Positions 59,940 through 64,000 of a stretch of 64,000 bases of DNA are shown here, piece by piece. Location: positions 1,632,001-1,696,000 of the forward strand of contig CBDCRP010000003.1 of the NCBI GenBank assembly GCA_965221165.1. Reading direction: 5' to 3'. The position numbers were made by a program, and so were the translations under genes. The notes beneath the pieces were generated by a model, which saw only the letters and a list, made by a program, of their open reading frames with translations, did no database searches and was not told the DNA's origin. The DNA comes from a bacterium. Its GTDB lineage: Bacteria > UBA8248. How positions within the stretch are numbered: the stretch's first letter is position 1; each line of letters begins with the position of its first letter.

Positions 59940-62384
59940 ATGGAGATTGCCGGACGAAAAAAGGGCGCTGCCGGGGTCCAGATGAACGGCCGGCTTGGGC
60001 GCGGGCACGGCGTTGCTTCACCCCCTTCCCTCGTCGATGGGGGGCGCGGCACCCGTGCCGGGTTCGTGGTCAATCGGGCCTCGATTTGCGCCGTCATCCT
60101 TTCTGCGATGCTCGTCGTTACCGGCTGTGGCGGCGGCGGATCGAAACCACAACCAAGAGTCGCGGTGATGCCCCAGGTTCAGGTGTCGCCGGACGACTGC
60201 ATCCCGCTCCACGACGGGACATGCCCGTCAGAAGAAGATTTCAACACCGCTGCGGAGCAGCTTATCGATGAATACCTCCTTGAGGACTCCTTCAAGAATC
60301 AATGGGGTCTGGAGGCCGTCGGCGCACATTGGGCCTACGCCTACGTGAACCTCCTCAAGGGTGAAAACGCCGGGCCAGGCTCCGGGGTGACCATTGGCTT
60401 CATCGACAGCGGCATCGATCAGGCGCACCCGATGTTCGCGGGAAAGACGATTACCGAGGTGCTCCTGCCAGGCGCTACGGACGAGACGGGTACGCGGTTT
60501 TCTCACGGCACGGCCGTCGCGAGCGTCGCCGCCGGCGTCCACTGGCCCGTTTACACCGCTGCACCGCAAGGTCTCGCGTGGGGCGCCGATATCGCCATGT
60601 TCGCGTTTACCCTCGGCACCGGTGGCGGTCCGTACGCCCCCATCACACTCACGAACCTGGCGGGGAGAGACGCCTCCTGGGCGGAACGGTTCAATCAGGC
60701 TCTGGCTTGGCGAAACGGCCAAAAGCGCGTCGACATACTGAACCTGAGTATCGGCTTACTGGGTCTCATCGGCGACTACAGCGAAAATGACCTTCGAACC
60801 AATTTCGGACAGGCGATCGCCGCGATGGCGCAATCGGGAGCCACTGATAAGGCGATTCTCGTCTGGGCGGCCGGCAATGCCCACGGAGACCCATGCGATC
60901 CGTCCGTCATGACGAACAACTGCGAGAACGACAAAGTCAACGCGGTTTCGGTCGAGGTGCTGCCGGGTCTTGCCGCGCTCATCCGGGAACTTCGGGGACA
61001 TTCCATCGCCGTCGTGGCGCTGAAACCGGATGATTCGACAATCGCCGATTTTTCCAATCGCTGCGGCATCATCGCGGCCGATTTTTGCATCGCGGCGCCC
61101 GGAGAAGACGTTCGTGTCGCCTTTTTCGGGCCCGACCCCGACCCCGCCAATCCCGATCCTATTCGAAGCGTCGGCCTGGACGCCAAAGGAACATCCTTTG
61201 CCGCGCCGATGGTGGCCGGCGGGCTCGCGATCATGAAACAACTCTTCCGGGATCAGATCTCGAACACGGAACTGGTAACGCGCCTCCTCGAAACCGCCGA
61301 CGATACCGGCGTGTACTCGGACAGCAGCATCTACGGCCGGGGCAAAATGGACCTCGCCGCCGCCGTGCACCCCGTGGGCGTTCTGGAGGTTCCGATTGGC
61401 GCAAACACGAACCAGGCCGGGAGCAATCTGGGCGCTACGCGCCTGAGCATGGGGACACCGTTCGGGAACGGGCTCGCCCGCTCTGTCGGGAACCATGAAA
61501 TCATGGCCGTAGACGATCTCGGTGCGCCGTTCTGGTACAGGCTTGGTGATTTTATGGCGGTGGCGAACGGCCCGCCGATGGACGCGCGGGTGCGCGGTTT
61601 TCTGGCGAGTGCGCCCGGGTTTGGGGGGGACGCAGCCAGACCGGCCGGCGGCGCTTCACGATGGCCGCAGGTAGAGGTTCGGGAAACGCCGGCAGAAACC
61701 GGAGGCGGCCATCTCTCGCTGGCCGAAGGCGGGGTGATGGTGACGTTCGCCGGCCGGAGTGACCTCTCCACCTCCATCTTCGCGACCAACAGGGAGCATG
61801 ATGCCATGGGCGGGACCCTCAACTGGCGTCCGGAAGAGTCGCCGGTCGGTCTTCGCGTCGGGTGGATAGGCGAGGGAAAAACCATTCTCGGAGGCGAAGG
61901 CCGAGGGGCTTTCGGAACGCTTGCTGCGGATACCACCTTCCTTCGCGTGGAGGGAGATGCGAAACTCGGCGCGTGGCGGCTCGGAGCAGGCGCGGAATGG
62001 GGAATCGTGCGCCCGCAAGTGGGAGGCGGAATCATCGACGAAGTCTCACTACTTACGACCAGCGCGTTCGAACTGCACGCGAGCACCGCCGTCACGGACA
62101 GGAACTTCGTGCGCTTTTCCTTGTCACAGCCCTTGCGCGTCGAGAACGGCCGGGCGTCATTGACGCTTCCATTTGCGCGAACCAAGTACGGCAGGGTGTT
62201 GCGCACATCGGTCGCGTCGGCTCTTGAGCCCGGTGAGCGGCAGATCGATATCGCCGCGCGGTGGGAGAGGCCGCTGGCGAGCGGGCAACTCCGCCTCGGC
62301 GTTATCTGGAGTCACTATCCCGGCCATCGCAGGTCCGCGGAAGCGCAACTGACGTTTCTTGCAGGCTGGCGAAGAGCGTTTTGA
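59940..62384 (+). CDS. S8 subtilase with a lipoprotein-like signal and a C-terminal beta-barrel-like domain
   Basis: VVTGC-GGGG lipobox; triad motifs FIDSG, SHGTAVA, GTSFAAP; AAGN; amphipathic beta C-terminus ending in Phe; start uncertain. Confidence 0.88.
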   Translation: MEIAGRKKGAAGVQMNGRLGRGHGVASPPSLVDGGRGTRAGFVVNRASICAVILSAMLVVTGCGGGGSKPQPRVAVMPQVQVSPDDCIPLHDGTCPSEEDFNTAAEQLIDEYLLEDSFKNQWGLEAVGAHWAYAYVNLLKGENAGPGSGVTIGFIDSGIDQAHPMFAGKTITEVLLPGATDETGTRFSHGTAVASVAAGVHWPVYTAAPQGLAWGADIAMFAFTLGTGGGPYAPITLTNLAGRDASWAERFNQALAWRNGQKRVDILNLSIGLLGLIGDYSENDLRTNFGQAIAAMAQSGATDKAILVWAAGNAHGDPCDPSVMTNNCENDKVNAVSVEVLPGLAALIRELRGHSIAVVALKPDDSTIADFSNRCGIIAADFCIAAPGEDVRVAFFGPDPDPANPDPIRSVGLDAKGTSFAAPMVAGGLAIMKQLFRDQISNTELVTRLLETADDTGVYSDSSIYGRGKMDLAAAVHPVGVLEVPIGANTNQAGSNLGATRLSMGTPFGNGLARSVGNHEIMAVDDLGAPFWYRLGDFMAVANGPPMDARVRGFLASAPGFGGDAARPAGGASRWPQVEVRETPAETGGGHLSLAEGGVMVTFAGRSDLSTSIFATNREHDAMGGTLNWRPEESPVGLRVGWIGEGKTILGGEGRGAFGTLAADTTFLRVEGDAKLGAWRLGAGAEWGIVRPQVGGGIIDEVSLLTTSAFELHASTAVTDRNFVRFSLSQPLRVENGRASLTLPFARTKYGRVLRTSVASALEPGERQIDIAARWERPLASGQLRLGVIWSHYPGHRRSAEAQLTFLAGWRRAF

Positions 62385-62485
62385 GTAATTGAAGCGGTCC
62401 ACGACATCCGCTCGGCATCGGGTCGATTTCCCATAAAGCGTATAGCCACCGTACCTCGTTGTGCGATAAGATGCGCCTCCTGAAC

Positions 62486-62577
62486 GGAGAGATGGCCGAG
62501 TGGCTGAAGGCGCTCGCCTGCTAAGCGAGTAGGCTGGGAAACCGGCCTCGAGGGTTCGAATCCCTCTCTCTCCGCCA
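62486..62577 (+). tRNA. tRNA-Ser (anticodon GCT)
   Basis: GGAGAGA acceptor, CTCGC-CTGCTAA-GCGAG arm, long variable arm, GGTTCGAATCC, GCCA end. Confidence 0.96.
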
Positions 62578-62665
62578 AAACCAAGCCCGCCTTCGCGATA
62601 AACCAGCCTCCGCATATTATCGGCGCCGCCTCGTTCGACCCGGCCGTTCGGATGGAGATGAAGTT

Positions 62666-63166
62666 TTGCGGAGAACCGGCAAGAGCGAGAAGAAAACGCG
62701 GCTCAACTTCTTCCGCCTGCACACGACCCGGAGGCTCCCTATTCCCTTGGAGGCCGCCTGGGAGTTTTTCTCGAATCCCAGGAACTTGAAGGAGATCACC
62801 CCGCCCGAACTACACCTCATCGTCGAGAACGAGCTCCCCTCGAAGGTGCACGCCGCCACCCTCATCTGCTACCGGGTGAAGCCTTTTCCGGGGATTCCGG
62901 CCCACTGGGTGACCGAGATAACGCACGTGGAGGAGGGCCGTTTCTCCGTGGACGAGCAGCGCTTCGGCCCCTACCGCTTCTGGCATCACCAGCATCATTT
63001 TCAAGAGATGGAGGGAGGCGTCGATATGCGCGACATCATCCACTACAAGCTGCCGCTGGGGCCTTTGTAGTTCCTGGCCGAGGGTCTCGTGGTGCGCCGG
63101 CGACCAGGCCGCATCTTCGCCTACCTCGAAGAGGTGCTCGCGCAGCGCTTCGGGCGGATGAATTGA
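62666..63166 (+). pseudogene. SRPBCC family protein with an internal TAG
   Basis: AWEFFSNPRNLKEITPP, DEQRFGPYRFWHHQH; TAG at 63068-63070, then the family-like tail FLAEGLVVRRR..IFAY..VLAQRFG; no good start codon. Confidence 0.6.
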
Positions 63167-63289
63167 TTTCGCCTCGTTCCAGGGGTATGAAGATTCATGC
63201 CCCGTCAAACATCAAGCGCCCGGCCGGATTCGTTTGCCCGAGCCGCCCGGGAAACTACCTTTTTTCACGCCTGCATCTGGAGATAGCCG

Positions 63290-64000
63290 ATGAGAATCAC
63301 CCTCGCACTCGCCGTCCTGCTCTTCGTGGCTCCAATCTGCCTCGCGCAAGAGATAACCAGGGAAAAACCCACGAACCCGGTTCTTCTGATGAAGACGAAT
63401 TTCGGCGACGTCTACATCGAAATGTTTCCCGAAGAAGCGCCCAAGACGGTGGCGAACTTCATGGATCTCGCGGCGGGCAAGCGCGTCTTCGTCGACCACA
63501 AGACCAAGGCGAAGGTAACGCGCCCGTTTTACGACGGGCTGACGTTTCACCGCGTCATCAAGGAGTTCATGATCCAGGGAGGCGACCCCAAGGGCAACGG
63601 AACCGGGGGACCCGGCTATAGCTTTGAAGATGAGATCAACGCCGAAGCCCTGGGTCTCCACAAGCAAAAAGCCCTGAAGGACGGCCGCCCCCACAGTTTT
63701 CTGCCAATCAGAAACCAGAGCGATTTTCAGCGCACCCTGATGAGTCCCCTGTTCCAGAAGATGGGAATCCGCTCCCAGGCGGAACTCGACAAGCGCATCA
63801 AAGAAGTAAAAGAGCGCATCGCCAACCTCACGCTCAAAGACGCCTATGAGAACATGGGCTATCACTTCAACGAGAAGCTCGCATCGCGCCCGCCGCAAAA
63901 GGGCGTGCTCGCGATGGCGAATTCAGGCCCCGACACGAACGGCTCGCAGTTCTTCATCAACCTGATCGACACCCCCTGGCTCGCCGGCAAACACACGGTG
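63290..64000 (+). CDS. Cyclophilin-type peptidyl-prolyl isomerase (runs off the window)
   Basis: Signal peptide, APKTVANF, FYDGLTFHRVIKEFMIQGGDP, LAMANSGPDTNGSQFFI; missing from the ORF track because there is no stop in the window. Confidence 0.93.
   Translation, partial: MRITLALAVLLFVAPICLAQEITREKPTNPVLLMKTNFGDVYIEMFPEEAPKTVANFMDLAAGKRVFVDHKTKAKVTRPFYDGLTFHRVIKEFMIQGGDPKGNGTGGPGYSFEDEINAEALGLHKQKALKDGRPHSFLPIRNQSDFQRTLMSPLFQKMGIRSQAELDKRIKEVKERIANLTLKDAYENMGYHFNEKLASRPPQKGVLAMANSGPDTNGSQFFINLIDTPWLAGKHTV

Overview
GC-rich bacterial chromosomal window, mostly metabolic and transport genes: mlaA, a divergent plsY, two amidases each beside an ABC transporter, a tripartite tricarboxylate transporter, citrate synthase, a complete polyamine operon, thiL/thiE, serS, two tRNA-Ser genes and a cyclophilin. 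Accessory cassettes (ankyrin-repeat proteins, RTX-like Ca-binding proteins, an S8 protease, higBA) sit among palindromic repeats, a pattern often seen in host-associated (e.g. sponge) symbionts; that habitat is inference only. The main signal the ORF track misses is selenium use. Two AhpD/carboxymuconolactone-decarboxylase-like genes are split by in-frame TGA codons exactly at the redox Cys positions, each followed by a SECIS-like hairpin. One reads C-K-Y-U (9569-10255, minus). The other reads U-Y-G-U (42086-42685, plus), a probable double-selenocysteine (diselenide-capable) protein. It lies in an A+T-richer block with yqeC, an orphan Mo-hydroxylase large subunit, a TlpA thioredoxin and a pentaheme cytochrome c. 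Other candidates are a ~295-nt structured non-coding RNA with its own promoter (59540-59836, minus), a ~160-bp element in two inverted copies 18 kb apart, several probable pseudo-enzymes and a proline-rich microprotein. All assignments come from reading the sequence by eye; no searches or folding programs were run.
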